Assembly (NCBI GenBank): GCA_028534125.1
Contig: CM052816.1
Coordinates: 29,328,001 to 29,392,000, forward strand
Reading direction: 5' to 3'
DNA from: Lama glama
Taxonomy: Eukaryota
Length of the DNA stretch: 64,000 bases
The notes under the pieces: generated by a model
The model's input: the letters and a program-made list of their open reading frames with translations, nothing else
Told to the model about the DNA's origin: nothing
The model's database searches: none
Part shown: piece after piece, positions 51,872 to 64,000 of the stretch
Numbering within the stretch: position 1 is the first letter of the stretch
Layout of the letters: every line of letters starts with the position of its first letter
Program-made: the position numbers and the translations under genes

Positions 51872-52000
51872 GGGGGGAGGGTATAGCTCAAGTGGTAGAG
51901 CGCATGCTTAGCATGCACAGGGTCCTGGGGTCAATCCCCAGTACTGCCTCTAAAAACAAACAAACAAACAAACAAATCTAGTTACCCTCCACCCCAAAAA
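51872..52000 (+). mobile_element. tRNA-Ala-derived SINE
   Basis: ggggagggtatagctcaagtggtagagcgcatgcttagcatgcac...ccccagtac plus (CAAA)n and tail. Confidence 0.85.
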
Positions 52001-52374
52001 AACAATTTGTGTCCATGACACTTGTTATTTAGTCCCAGGCTTCAGGAAGCTACTTTTGGGCACCAAAATCTCCCCCTTACTTCTACAGAATGTGTTAACT
52101 GGGTCACAGAGAGGTGGTGAGTTTGCCAAATTTATAATTTCCAGAGAGAAAGTGGAACTTGGATTTTCCACACGAATTTGGAGCTCGACACAGTAAACAG
52201 ACTTTCAGCAGAAAAGCCTCCTCCCAGTCAGTCACTCATTCATTCACTCAACACATTTTTTAATGAGCACCTACTGTGTGCCAGGGAAAGTACCTGCTCT
52301 CCAGAAGCACAGACGCTAGTAGAGGGAGACCTAAGACACAAACAAACAAACATGCACAAAAATGTCAAGTTGTG

Positions 52375-52456
52375 GGGTGGGTAAAGCTTGGTGGTAGAGG
52401 CTATGCTTAACATCCTGGATTCAATCCCCAGTACCTCCATTAAGGAAAAAAAAAAA
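52375..52456 (+). mobile_element. tRNA-Ala-derived SINE, internally deleted
   Basis: ggtggtagaggctatgcttaacatcctggattcaatccccagtacctcc plus poly(A), flanked by gtcaagtWgtgg direct repeats. Confidence 0.75.
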
Positions 52457-54830
52457 GTCAAGTAGTGGTAGGGGCTAGGGAACACTAGAGGGCATGTTTG
52501 TGTTGGGGAGGCGAATGGGGGTGAGAGGAGGTTGTGCTATTTTATCCCTATTAAAGGGAAAGGCCTTTCTGAACAGGGGATATCTGAGCAGAGATGTGAA
52601 GGAAGCAAGGGGAGAACAACTTAGGTGAAATCTTACTCCCCCATAATCCTTCCCAAAGAGCATCTCCTCCTGGAAGTCTTTATCGACTAACCCAGTCAAA
52701 AACGCCCTGTCCCATCTTTCACTCTTGTTTCAAACTGCTTTATATCATAACTGTTTGCCTCTATTTCCCTTGAAAGGAAAATCTTTGAGATTGGTTATGA
52801 TTTATTATTTATTCCTTGCCATAATAAATGCTCGATTAACCTTTAAAATGTATCTGCTGGATTAAAAAAAATTTCCAGGTTGTTCTAGGGGGACAGGAAG
52901 CCAGGGGAGGAGTGGGAAAGGCATACTGATTTTTTATAAGACATAAGAAACTATAAATGATTTATATTACTTTAATTAGGTACCACATCTCAAATACGTT
53001 ACTTAGGTACCACAACTCAAATTTACCTAAGAAATGAATATTGCAATATAATCCTTTGGAAAAAGTTAATTCTAAATGAGTCAATTAGTAACTAAACATA
53101 GGCATCAAAAGAAAAAAAATCATCTCTTGGTAACATTTGAAACTGGTAAGAATTACTGAATAACCCACACTTGGCACAGATAATTCTGATTTTAGGATAG
53201 ATGTTGCTTTTTTAAGACTAAAAAAGGCGTATTTTTTAAGGATAAATTCTTAAGAAACTGGAAATTTAACAAGGCATAAACTACCTTTCCTTGCTAGCTT
53301 GTTCAGAAAGAAAAAGTTGAAAATTAAATTAGGATTATAATGTAAAAAATCTTAAATTTCCTATTTTGTCCTTATTGAAATTGGCTAGCTTAAAATTATA
53401 TTTACAATTAAAAATAATAAAGCCCCTAAAATCATAAAGGTGAATAGTTTTGTTAAAATAATCATAATCCTTTGATGTTGAGTCATACTTGGTATATTAA
53501 ACTCATTTTTCAGTTAAAGAAAATAACTAAAAAAGGCCATTATAGTTGATCTCTTTTAAGAACTAAAAAACGTTTCCCTAAATACATTAACTTGCTGTCT
53601 TAGAGATGGATTACTTCCCTAATGGTAGATATTTGGGTAAAATAAACTTTGGCAAATAAAGTAACCGATCAATTTTACCACTAGTTGCCAAATAACAACA
53701 AAATAAATCACTTCTCTAAAACACTTTGGCAGGTCCCACCTTTTTGTAGCTTTGTCTACAAAAAGCACCCACTCACGCAGTGCTCCAGAATTAAGGCTAC
53801 CATCCCACCTCCCCACATTTCTATCACCAGTCCTACTTTCAGAGATGGAAGAAGCCATGGAGACCACAGGTGGAAAAAGAGGCCCAGAGGTTAACGCAGG
53901 GTCACAATGCAACCTCCACTAACTCCTGGCCACTGGCTGCCTGTGGAAAGGTGATTTATGTTGGAATTATCAAAAGTAGCAAAGAGTAATCCTCTGTTTA
54001 AAACAGAGTTTACAAACTTATGGCTCATAACATGTTTTGGTTGGGCCCCCATAATTTTTTCTCTCTTTGAAATTGGGGTAAAATTCATATCACATAAAAA
54101 TCACCATCATCACCATTTAAAACGTGTACAACTGGATGACTTTCATTATATTCACCACAGGCAACAGTCACCATTATCTGATTTCAGAACACTTTCATTA
54201 ACCCCAAAGTGGGCCCTCATAATGTTTTATATATTTTTTTGAATTAGTAAAAAATTTGTGAAAGTCGGGAGCGTTAACATAAAAAAACCATACTTCCTGC
54301 TTCTTAAGAAAAATCTGATCTTTTGGTAACATCTGGGGACAGGGGATGAGAGGGGTAAGAAACAGGCCCTGTCTAATTTCCCACCTGGCCACAAGCCACA
54401 GGGGCCAGGAAATCTGCCAAGGCATGTGAGTTGGCCACTCCTGCTTTAAAGGAGCAGGGACTCAGAGCCTTCTGAATCACTTTGCAGACTTGGGTGTGAC
54501 TCCAGCAGTGATTCCAAAGGGCTTGGGTCCTTTGATTCCTTAGCTGGCAATCAAGTTGAGCATAAAGGTTTCCTGGTTCTCACCTGTGGGCACATCTTTG
54601 GGCTTCTGCCACCTTCTAGACTCCTCTTTGCCCCAAAATGCCTTGCATTTTCCACCCCAGGATATTTGCTGAAATCTCTGTTCACCTAAAACGCCATTCT
54701 GTATTTACCTGAGCCATAATCTAAACCTTCATCCTTTGAGCACCATTGTCATGACTTGCCCTTGTTTTCTACTTACAATCTGTATTTTATTTCCCTCTGG
54801 TTACTTGATGTATTATTAGCAAAAAATAAG

Positions 54831-54980
54831 AGGGGAAGGTATAGTTCGGTGGTAGAGCACATGCTTAGCATGCACAAGGTCCTGGGTTCAATCCTCAGTA
54901 CCTCCATTAAAAAAACATAAATAAATAAACCTAGTTACGTCCCCCAACCCCTCCCAAAATTTAAAAAATTTTAAAAATCA
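54831..54980 (+). mobile_element. tRNA-Ala-derived SINE
   Basis: ggggaaggtatagttcggtggtagagcacatgcttagcatgcacaaggtcctgggttcaatcc plus tail. Confidence 0.85.
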
Positions 54981-55705
54981 TGAATTTATTTTAAAAGGGA
55001 ACCATATACACTATGTGAATGAAAGTTGGTACTCCTCCCCGAAATATATCATAATCATATAAATGATTTAAAAATTTAAATCATAAACATTATTTCAATG
55101 AGAAAAAATACCTAATAGTATTAGTTTCTAGCCAGATATTGCTGCCTGCCCAAGGCCATGATGGCCATGTCTACCTACATGATACAAAAGGAGTGAGTCA
55201 GTGTGAGTAAGGGGGCAAAGGTCACATAGCCCCAAATACAGGCATTCTCTGGGGATGATGCAAAAGATTCCAAGGGAGCTGAAAGGGACTAATCGTCTTG
55301 TAAAGTTACTGAAGATGATCTAACCCTGTGCCTGAGGCCTCTTCTAGCCACTTAATTTACCACCACCAATGGTACACGCACCACACTATGGGAAATTCCA
55401 TCCAGAGTTGCCTTCCAATGCTACTCATCTCAGCAGTGGTGCTTCAGGTATCTCTGCCAGAAGAGCCCTTCCTGAACCTCTCTAGCCTGATGTGACATTC
55501 CCCTCTCATGTAGTTTCTTATGCACATGTCTGGTTATCTCCTCCAGACCGAAACCCACCTCCTCAAGCACAGAGACAGGTCTTCCACACCACATATCCCT
55601 CTCTGGTGAAAGCTACTGGCACTGACCTACACCTGGTCAGATTCCTGGTGTGTGCCTGTCTTCACATTCCGGGTGAGGAGAGTTTTGAAGTGACTTTCAA
55701 AAAAA

Positions 55706-55790
55706 CCTGGTATATGTACAACTGAAACATTAGGCTGCACACCAGAAATTGACACAACATTGTAAACTGACTATACTTCAATTAAAAAAA
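55706..55790 (+). mobile_element. Short L1 3' terminus
   Basis: aactgaaacattaggctgcacaccagaaattgacacaacattgtaaactgactatacttcaattaaaaaaaa. Confidence 0.7.
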
Positions 55791-58510
55791 ATTGCAAACC
55801 AGCTTCTTTTTTTCTTTTGAGAATAAAAAAGGAGTTTATTAGGTTATGCTCCCGTAGACAACAGTGGACCACACAGACAAGAGGTGCCTGTGTGAGCCCC
55901 GAGGGTTGGTTGTTGGGGTCTTTTATAAGGTCGGGCCATGAGGTACCTGATGGGCTTGTGTTCAAGTCTCTCACAAACCAGCTTCTAAATGAACTAAAAC
56001 ATGTTCTAATAGATAAGGTGTCCAATATGGTGAAAGACATAGGGATAAATAACTGCATATCTTTGCTCTTTCTTAAATATGAGGATATTACAAAGCATTG
56101 GATACAATTACTACTGGTGTGCTAAGTAAGAGCTATCCTATGTAGGTCAGTGTTTATTTTAAAGAGAAGTAAGTGCACCTAGCAGGCTGGGAAGAGGGGG
56201 AATGTATGGTATATAGGCTTCATATCTGGGGCGGACAAAGGGGCTGAGCACCTTCTGTGATGATTCCCTGTGTCATGTGTGCCCAGGAGGGACCACTTCA
56301 TACTACCTGGGTCAACTTGGTAAAAAGACAGAGGACAAATATATCCACAAGCAATTAAAAGCAGTATTTACTAATTTCACATTAAATTATCTGTTTTAGA
56401 AGACAATTTAAGATGGTCAATTTGTCCTTTTATGGTATCCAGATTAATTTTATTTGAAAAATGGAGGCCTTATAAGATCTGTAGACATGATGCCATGACA
56501 CTCATTTTTTAAGGCTGGAAATACAATGTTACTGAGTCAAATGATCAGTAAGGTTTATAACCATATCCTTGTTCTTGGGAAATATTCCTGATCATATCTA
56601 GTGGTTATTTTATATTGATGAATAACAGAACCTTCAATTAAAACATTGCTTGGATGGAGAAAGACAACCTACATTTTTTTGCAGTTTTCTTCTTCAGATG
56701 ATTTCTAATGTCCTCATTGCTGCAAAAGTAGAAGATATCTTAAGAAAATAATGTTGAATTTATCTCTAAGATGCAAGACAATGTATATTATAAAGATTAA
56801 ATGCTTAGGAAAAAGATGAATCAAGTCTTTAGAATGTATGATTTGAATTGGTTTCTAAACCTGAAAATTAAATCTACCCTAACTGAACAGTTTCCCCCTT
56901 GAACTAATCTCCTGTTAATTGTCAATTCATGTCATTCAGTCCACTCCTGCTTTGGAAAGGATGGTGAGGGGAGATAACAAATTTGCCAGAAAGAAGGGCT
57001 TTTCCTCTTACGTTTTCAGCATCCATCTTTGATGCCCTTTGTTGATCTTAGAATGAAGGAAACAGACGCTACTGTGGGACATGAAATGTCATCTCATACA
57101 GTATTTTTCAGCTGTCAGCTGTGCAGTTAGTCTTTATATAGGCAACAGACAAGTGCTTCTCTGTATCTTTATTTCCCTGAAACATATAAATACACAAATG
57201 CCAGAACTCCATCCACATTCCAATGCAGGGCACATTCTATAGCAAATACCCCAAATGACTTCTGCCACATTTTCACCACTGATGAATCAAAGTGAAATCT
57301 TGTTTGACGACATCTTACAGCACAAAATAAAACCACATACCATACTGCCCCCATCGAAATTTAGAAACCATGTTTAAAGGAAAGTTAGGAGACTAGCTAT
57401 CAAAGGGAATTTAATTCTTAAATAACAAGTATCTGGCATTGTAAGTATTTTTCTTTCATCAAATTGGTATTATCACCAAACAGAGCAACCTTCAATATAG
57501 GCAAAAAAAGAGGAAGATTCAGGATTCTTGGATTAAGATTCTAGGTCCCAAATGTAGGCCTCAGCGACCTTCCAAGTCTCCCAGGATTTAATGGCATCAA
57601 ATAAAGCAATGAGGGGGTCAGGAGTTGGGTCATCTTTTTTTGAGCTGACTTGTGGCTCACAGCACTGTGATGGAAGATAAAGAATCTGAAGTATTTCACT
57701 ATAGTATTTTTTTTCATCAGTAGGAGTAGCTGAGAAGATGCCTGGAATACTGGCTGGAGGCTGGTATTGGGTCAGGAGAGGTCTTAGTAACAGCTATTCC
57801 CTTTGTCTTTGGGCTGAAAGCAAGGTAGTGGCCCCAGCCTAGAAAGGGCCAGCACACAGGCTCTTCTCGTCTTGGAGGTAAGACTTTCCTTTCAGCCACA
57901 ATTCAGATCATTTGGATCAGTAGCTTGCCTTTGTCACTCATTATCTGATAGAACTTCTGAGCATGTATACACATGGTTAAAGAGGGTTGAGGCCTTTCAT
58001 TTGTGGCCAAAGTCTGATAAAGTCCATTCCTCATCTTTTTGGTCTAAACTTACAAATGAAAGCTGAGACTTGAGTTCTTAAAAGACTTTCCTTGGCCCCA
58101 AAGAGTTTTACATCTGGATACACCCACTGTTCCTCTGTCCCCCTATCAAGTAACATCCTCTTCTCTCATCTTTCTTCTAAAATTGTTTTTTATTTTAAAC
58201 TAGATTTAACTAGTGGTAGGCTACTCTGGGCTGAGCCACGTCCCAATGGCTGGAACTCAGGAAGAACTTCACAGATGCACAAGTCCAAAGAACTGAAATG
58301 GAGAGATGCTTCTGTGGCAAAACAAACAACAAAAACTAGCAGGAAAAAAAAAAAGCAGCATTTCAAACACAATGGTTGCCTAAAACTCTCCCTTTTCCAT
58401 TGCCTCACAAGATGTGTCAGAAGGGTTCTGATAATAAAGCCTGTCTGACCCAAATTTGAGGACAACTCTTTAGTTTCCATCACTTTTTGACAGAGTAAGA
58501 AATTAGTCTC

Positions 58511-59057
58511 TAACCAAGACATGGAAGCGACAGATGAATGGATAAAAAGATGTGTGTGTGTGTATACACATACAATGATATATTACTCAGCCATAAGGAA
58601 TGAAATAATGTCATTTGCAACAACATGGATGGATCTAGAGATTATCACACTAAGTGAAGTAAGTCAGACAGAGAAAGACAAATATCGTATGATATTGCTT
58701 ATATGTGGAATCTAAAAAAAAAAAAAGTGACACAAATGAATTTATCTACAAAACGGAAAGAGACTCACAGACATAGAAAACAAACTTACGGTTACCAGAG
58801 GTGAAAGAGGGGAGGGAGGGATAAATTGGGAGTTCGAGATTGGCTGACACAAACTACTATGTACAGAATAGATAAATAACAAAGTCTGGTTGGGTAACAC
58901 AGTGAACTATAATCAATGGCTTGTAGTAACCGGTAATGAAAAAGAATATGTATATGTATGCATGTGTGTGTGTGAATTGCTATGCTGTACACTGGAAACC
59001 AATACAACATTGTAAATCAGCTATACTTCAATTTTTTTAAATGTTAAAAAAAAAAAA
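58511..59057 (+). mobile_element. Relatively young L1 3' fragment
   Basis: ORF2 C-terminus (YYSAIRNEIMSFATTWMDLEIITLSEVSQTEKDKY), then 3'UTR and poly(A). Confidence 0.9.
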
Positions 59058-62000
59058 GGTAGCCTGTTACAGCCTCCATCAGCCTAGACAGGTGTGGTCT
59101 GGTTAAAGCCCTCCTGTGGGTCTGTGCCGAGCTTAGGCCTGACCACTGTGATTCAAAACACTGACTAGGAGACTGATTATTACCCCCGTGGCCTCAAAGG
59201 AACCAGCAAAAAGAAGGTCCTAACAGGTCTTCTTAAATGCCCCCGGTGTGCACAATACATTCTGAATGTCCATCTTGGTTTAAGCCGACTGCTGGCACCA
59301 TGGACGGTACAACCACCTACCCAGCACAATGTCTTCCTGTATCTAAAAAACAGACACCAAGGTCAGATGAAGGATCTTCATCCATGTTGAAACGATCCTT
59401 GAATCTCAGGGAAACAAGAGACATTTCAATTCTGCAAGATATTTTACCCTCTGGACCACATGTCTATCCTCACACTTCACTGGTTATCAAGCATTTTCTG
59501 TTTGCCTACCATGTGCCCATCAACATGAAACTAGAAGAGTCTTGCCACAACAAGATTACAAAGGTAGAGAAGGAGTCTTCACCAAAAAAGGAGGGGAGAT
59601 TAACATTTTAGATCAGGGAATCCTTTTATTCAATGAAAGTCTGGCTTGCATAAACAGTTCCCCTTTTCCCCTGAAAACATCTTACTGGAACAGGTATAGG
59701 TTATTTGGAACACAGGATTTCTGTATTTTCAAAAGGCTTGATTTTTTAGCAAGTTTTAATCTAAGGCACAGCAGGGACTACTCTACTCTTTCCTGCCTCG
59801 GTCTTGAAAACAGAGGAGATAATTAAGGAGACCATCAGGAGGTGCACAGAAGAAACACTGGTTCAGATTCACAGCCACGTTTGGCTCAAGTTGAGTAACC
59901 ATAACCTTGTTCTTTATAAATTTATGATTTATTTCTAAATTTGGCAAATGAAGTCCAATTCTCCCAAAGAACCATGACTGACCTCCCCCTAACACAAACT
60001 AAAAACATTTGCATGGATTTTGTATTTTATATCATCATTCCCTGGCACAGTTTCTTATCTGAAGAATAAATAGAAGCTCAGAGACAAACACTTGTACAGA
60101 GTTAAGAGAAATACTTTTGTTGTTGTTGTTGAGCCACTCTCATCTAATAAATGTTGTATCTAATTTAGCATTTCCACAAAAAAAGTATTAAGATTTCTTA
60201 AATTCCCAAGACAAAAAAAAATACTGTTTAGAATAAGAAAGAAAGGAAAAAAAAAAGAAAGAAAGGAAAGGAAAATTTTTTAAAGGGAGGGAAACTGACA
60301 TTACTGAAGGAGACAGCAAGACAACATAACATATGAAGTTATCTTCAAAGTCCTGAAACAACAGTTGTAGGCAGCAAGGTGCCAAAAAACTTTTCAGTAT
60401 CTGTCCAAATAGTGTAAGTTCATCCTGAGTTGCTAAGGGATTATCTGACAAAAGAAATCTAAGAATCGCCACAATGATTATAAGTCACTTTTGGGGAAAA
60501 AAAAATGCTGCTTCAAGTTGGCCTTAGATTCAAGAAGACAAGTCACACAATATATGCAGCTGTCCGGGCACGTCTTTCTGGCTTTCAGTTTAAGCTGCTA
60601 CACAGGCAGGTGAAGATTATTTCCCCATTACCTACCTCAGAAGGGTGATGATTTAAAGAGAGCTAAAAATAAAAGAGGCAACAAGGAGAGAACACTGGCT
60701 CGATTTGATTCTCACGATTATTCAAGTATCCTCTTATTTCATTAAAAACATAAAGAACAAACCACCGACACGATAAAGTAAGTTTCAATCTATATAACAG
60801 AAAATGTCAGGTGAAGTGATGGCCTGGAAAAAGTGAGAAAGCTAAGTGGCTGCTGCGAGTGTCATGCTTCTCAGGCGTGTTGAAATGAGTGACAAAGACC
60901 CGTTCTGTCCAGAAATCCCCCACTTTATTTTTAAGCCTGGAAACTGGTTACTCATATCTATACCGAACACTTCCTGTCCAGGGGCAGGATGATGGCAACA
61001 AACTGCCAAGTTCAGGAGCTGCCTACATTCTGTCAATTGAGTCATTCATGGACTAAAGAACGGCATTAAACATTAAAAAAAAAAATCTGGCTAACTGACG
61101 CTTTAGACGATACACAATGAAAACAGGTTTGACTGTTTCACAGACTGGGGATAGATGGTGCCAGGAAAACAAAAGACAGGAAACAATGTTACTCAATGAT
61201 ACGATTTTCTGTGATATTCCAGCATGACTACCAAATAGAACAGTTTCTCCACTCCCAGCCTCTGGATGAAATGGTCCAACTGACATTCCACATCTTCACC
61301 TACAAAAAGGCCTGAAGATGCAGAAGATCTCGCTCCAGTAACTAAGCAACAACAGAATCAATTTATTCCTTTTTGCTTTCCATTTGATCTAATTACATTT
61401 TAAAAGAAGGGTCGCCTGAGAATTTTAAAGCAACAAGAATGCAGAGGACTGAAATGCAGACCAGGAATGTCTTTAGCTACTGGGCTAACACCATCAGGTT
61501 ACACTGAAAACCCATCTTTGGGAAAGAGAGGAAAACAATTAAGGTCTGTAAGGGTGACCCTTTCTCTGGCAACCCTGAGCGCTGTGTCAGGCTTCAGCTA
61601 GGCTGCCTCTCCCAGCAGCAATTATAATTCACCTGGTTAACCCTTACACGTTGAAATAGGCCAGCTGCAGGTCCCCTGCGAGGCCGCAGAGGAGCCCCTC
61701 CCCACCCCCGCCCTAAGCACGGGCACTGGGAGGGGGGGCAGCCCCAGAGCATGCTGGGATGGATGGCAAGGACGGGGAAGTCGAGTAACTGCTTCTGCAC
61801 TTGTAGGGTTATCGGCTTGAGCATCAACTCAGAGCAACGGTCGAGTGAGCCAAATAATTTACACCAGCTCTGCCCATAAAAACCCTCAGCCTGAAATTCC
61901 TCAGTGAGCCTGTTTACCATCAGACTCATTAATGAGTGAACCTCCCAGAAATTTGGTGCCGCTTTGCCTGAGATGGGGTGACGGCTCTCTACTCCCCCAA

Positions 62001-63789
62001 CAGCCACTCACTCAAAGTCCCACTGGCCTTCCATCAAATGGACGGCACGGTACAGCTGACAGCGTTGAGATGACTCCCAGAGGCTGGCATTCCAGCTTCT
62101 CTAATTCATTATCTGCCACTGGCAAGCTTTTTGAGGAAATCATTTTTATAACCCAGTAAGAAAGTCACTTGGAATCCAAGCCAACATAACACAGCCCCTG
62201 CTTCAGACTGGCCCCAATTTAGCAGTTGGAAAGGCAGCAGCATTCCTCAACGTCACGTCCTTTTGATGGGCCCCTGCATTCATCCTGCCTGAGAAGAACT
62301 GGGGCGCTTCTGTGTTCTCCAGACGCCACTATTTCATGGGCTCCAAGGCTGTATCGTACTTTGGGAGTCCAGCACCCCTTCGTACCTCCTGTTAACTGCA
62401 AAATCAAACCAAATACTTGAACTGCCAAAATTTCTTACCCCAGTCACCATGGTCTCTTGCCTGTTAGTTAGACTGCTGCTCACCTCTCTAGCTTAGCATA
62501 AATTACCTTTTTTTTTTTCCATTTTAGAGTTCCTTCTTTACTCCTCCCTTCCTCTCTCTCCACCAGCCTCCTCCCCTTGGAGGCTCTGCAGCAGGCCTGG
62601 AACCCACTCCGGGCCTCCCACCTCCTACTTCTTCCTCATTGTTCCCTTGAAATTTCAAAACCTGCCAAATGGCCACTCCCTCAACTTCCTTCACTAGTTC
62701 CCCAGCAGTTCCTCTTCTTCCCCTTCCTTGGCGCGACTGGCCCCTGAATTCCACCTCCTTGGCAACTCTCTGGAGAGACTTCTTCATTAGAATCTCCTTT
62801 CCCTCAAGAACTTGAGTCCAGCCTTCAGACTTGGGATATTGGGAAGGCGTGCGTTTTCATTCCAGCGGCTTCATCACTGACTTAACTCAAATTTTAACCT
62901 TCAAAAGGTGAAATGGCTTTACAAGTGCTTAATAATAAAGAGAACAGTCAGTGCACTGACATTTCATTTTTATCGGATAACTTTACAGAAGGAAAAGGTT
63001 TCTTGGAGCAGGTCCACGCTTCCTGGCTTTTTACAGGATGGGAAATGAGTGCTTCTTAACCAGGTAAATATTGCCGTCAGGCCATGGGAGGGTTCTGTCT
63101 TTGTGATTTTGTCTTATTTAACCAGCATCTCCTGGGTGAAACTGTTTAATCACTGACACAAGCAGCATCTCACTGGTTCTCACCTCAGGAGAAATGAAAA
63201 ATTCCTCAGAATGGCTAAATTACTAGTGTGGCAAATCCTATTTAATATGTATAAGACTAAAGCCCTCAGTTTCCAATTACATATCAAATCTAGGGTATCC
63301 CTGGCAGAAGCATCAGTGGTTTTCCAAGACATGTTTCCTGTCACAGCAAAGAAAGGACATAGGAAGACAGGAAGTGAAGGAGGAAGGGAATGGAGAAAAA
63401 TTCCCTGTTTCTCAGACCAGCCAAAGCTTTTTCCCAGTATGAAGAGCTGGATTAAATTTCCTACCTATCTTCACTTCTTACCCTCATGCACAAGGGCTGA
63501 TTTTCTGCAATGCCACAGGGAGAGGTCAGAGGTGATGGGGGTGGAGATCAGGAAGGAATCTGCTGGCAACTAGGACTTGGGAGATGTGGGCCAATGGGGA
63601 TGATGGAAGTCTCCATTCCTCGGGACACTGGACTTGCTCATCCCCTGGGCCCCACATGCCTTCCCCCATCCCCTCAGTTACCCACTAAATACTGATGGAA
63701 CACTCGTGAGGTTGTTCTTAGCAGATGAGCTCTTCAAACTCAGGATCCTAGCTTTTGCTGAGGCCCACAGAGAAGATGGCAAAGCCACC

Positions 63790-64000
63790 TTCTACAGCAC
63801 CTCTCCTTAGGCATGGCTGATCACCGCTCCATGGGCTCTCGTCCTCCTGTTCTTGCCTTGGTTTCCTCCTAACCTCTTGAGTGTCTCCATTTCTGTTTTC
63901 TTTATTGGTTGCGTCTACCTTTTTCCCTTCTAAAAGAGGGTATTCTCAGAGGCTAAGTCATAGCCCAGACCTCTCCTATCTCGTCAGTTTTCCCCTCAGA
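63790..64000 (+). mobile_element. L2 fragment running off the window edge
   Basis: ttggtttcctcctaacctct...ctcagaggctaagtcatagcccagacctctcctatctc. Confidence 0.5.

Noticed and set aside
51872..51950. Possible tRNA-Ala(AGC) gene
   Set aside because: It has an extra 5' GGGGA, a mutated B box, an A-rich tail shared with four other copies and no oligo-T terminator, so it is a SINE.
52976..53022. 20-bp direct repeat ttaggtaccacaWctcaaat, CRISPR-like at a glance
   Set aside because: Only two copies with a 7-nt spacer in eukaryotic DNA, so an ordinary micro-duplication.
58521..58715. 64-aa ORF
   Set aside because: It is the L1 ORF2 C-terminal remnant, not a host gene.

Overview
Mammalian genomic DNA, most likely a camelid: the tRNA-Ala-derived SINEs look like the camelid Vic-1 type and the L1 3' ends are cetartiodactyl-type. 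Two known genes lie in tandem on the minus strand. These are HSD17B4 (CpG-island promoter and coding exons 1-3, continuing off the left edge) and TNFAIP8 (final coding exon, 3'UTR and about 25.7 kb of upstream intron; its first exon was not found in the window). The rest is mostly transposon-derived (MIR, L2, L1, MaLR/ERVL/ERV1 LTRs, hAT MERs, SINEs), plus a U6 retropseudogene. The main unexplained items are: (1) a ~3.2 kb coding-like, probably retrocopied segment of unidentified parent that truncates an old LTR at 19.8-22.9 kb; (2) a second CpG island with a strong ATG|GTGAGC donor 2.5 kb upstream of HSD17B4, next to a young solo LTR; (3) an in-frame, hairpin-containing 60-nt candidate cassette exon in HSD17B4 intron 2; (4) immune and nuclear-receptor motif clusters; (5) a poly(A)-less U6 copy with a T-rich target-site duplication (TSD). 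I found no clearly novel multi-gene system. Repeat family names come from recalled consensus sequences, and repeat boundaries are approximate unless a TSD is given.
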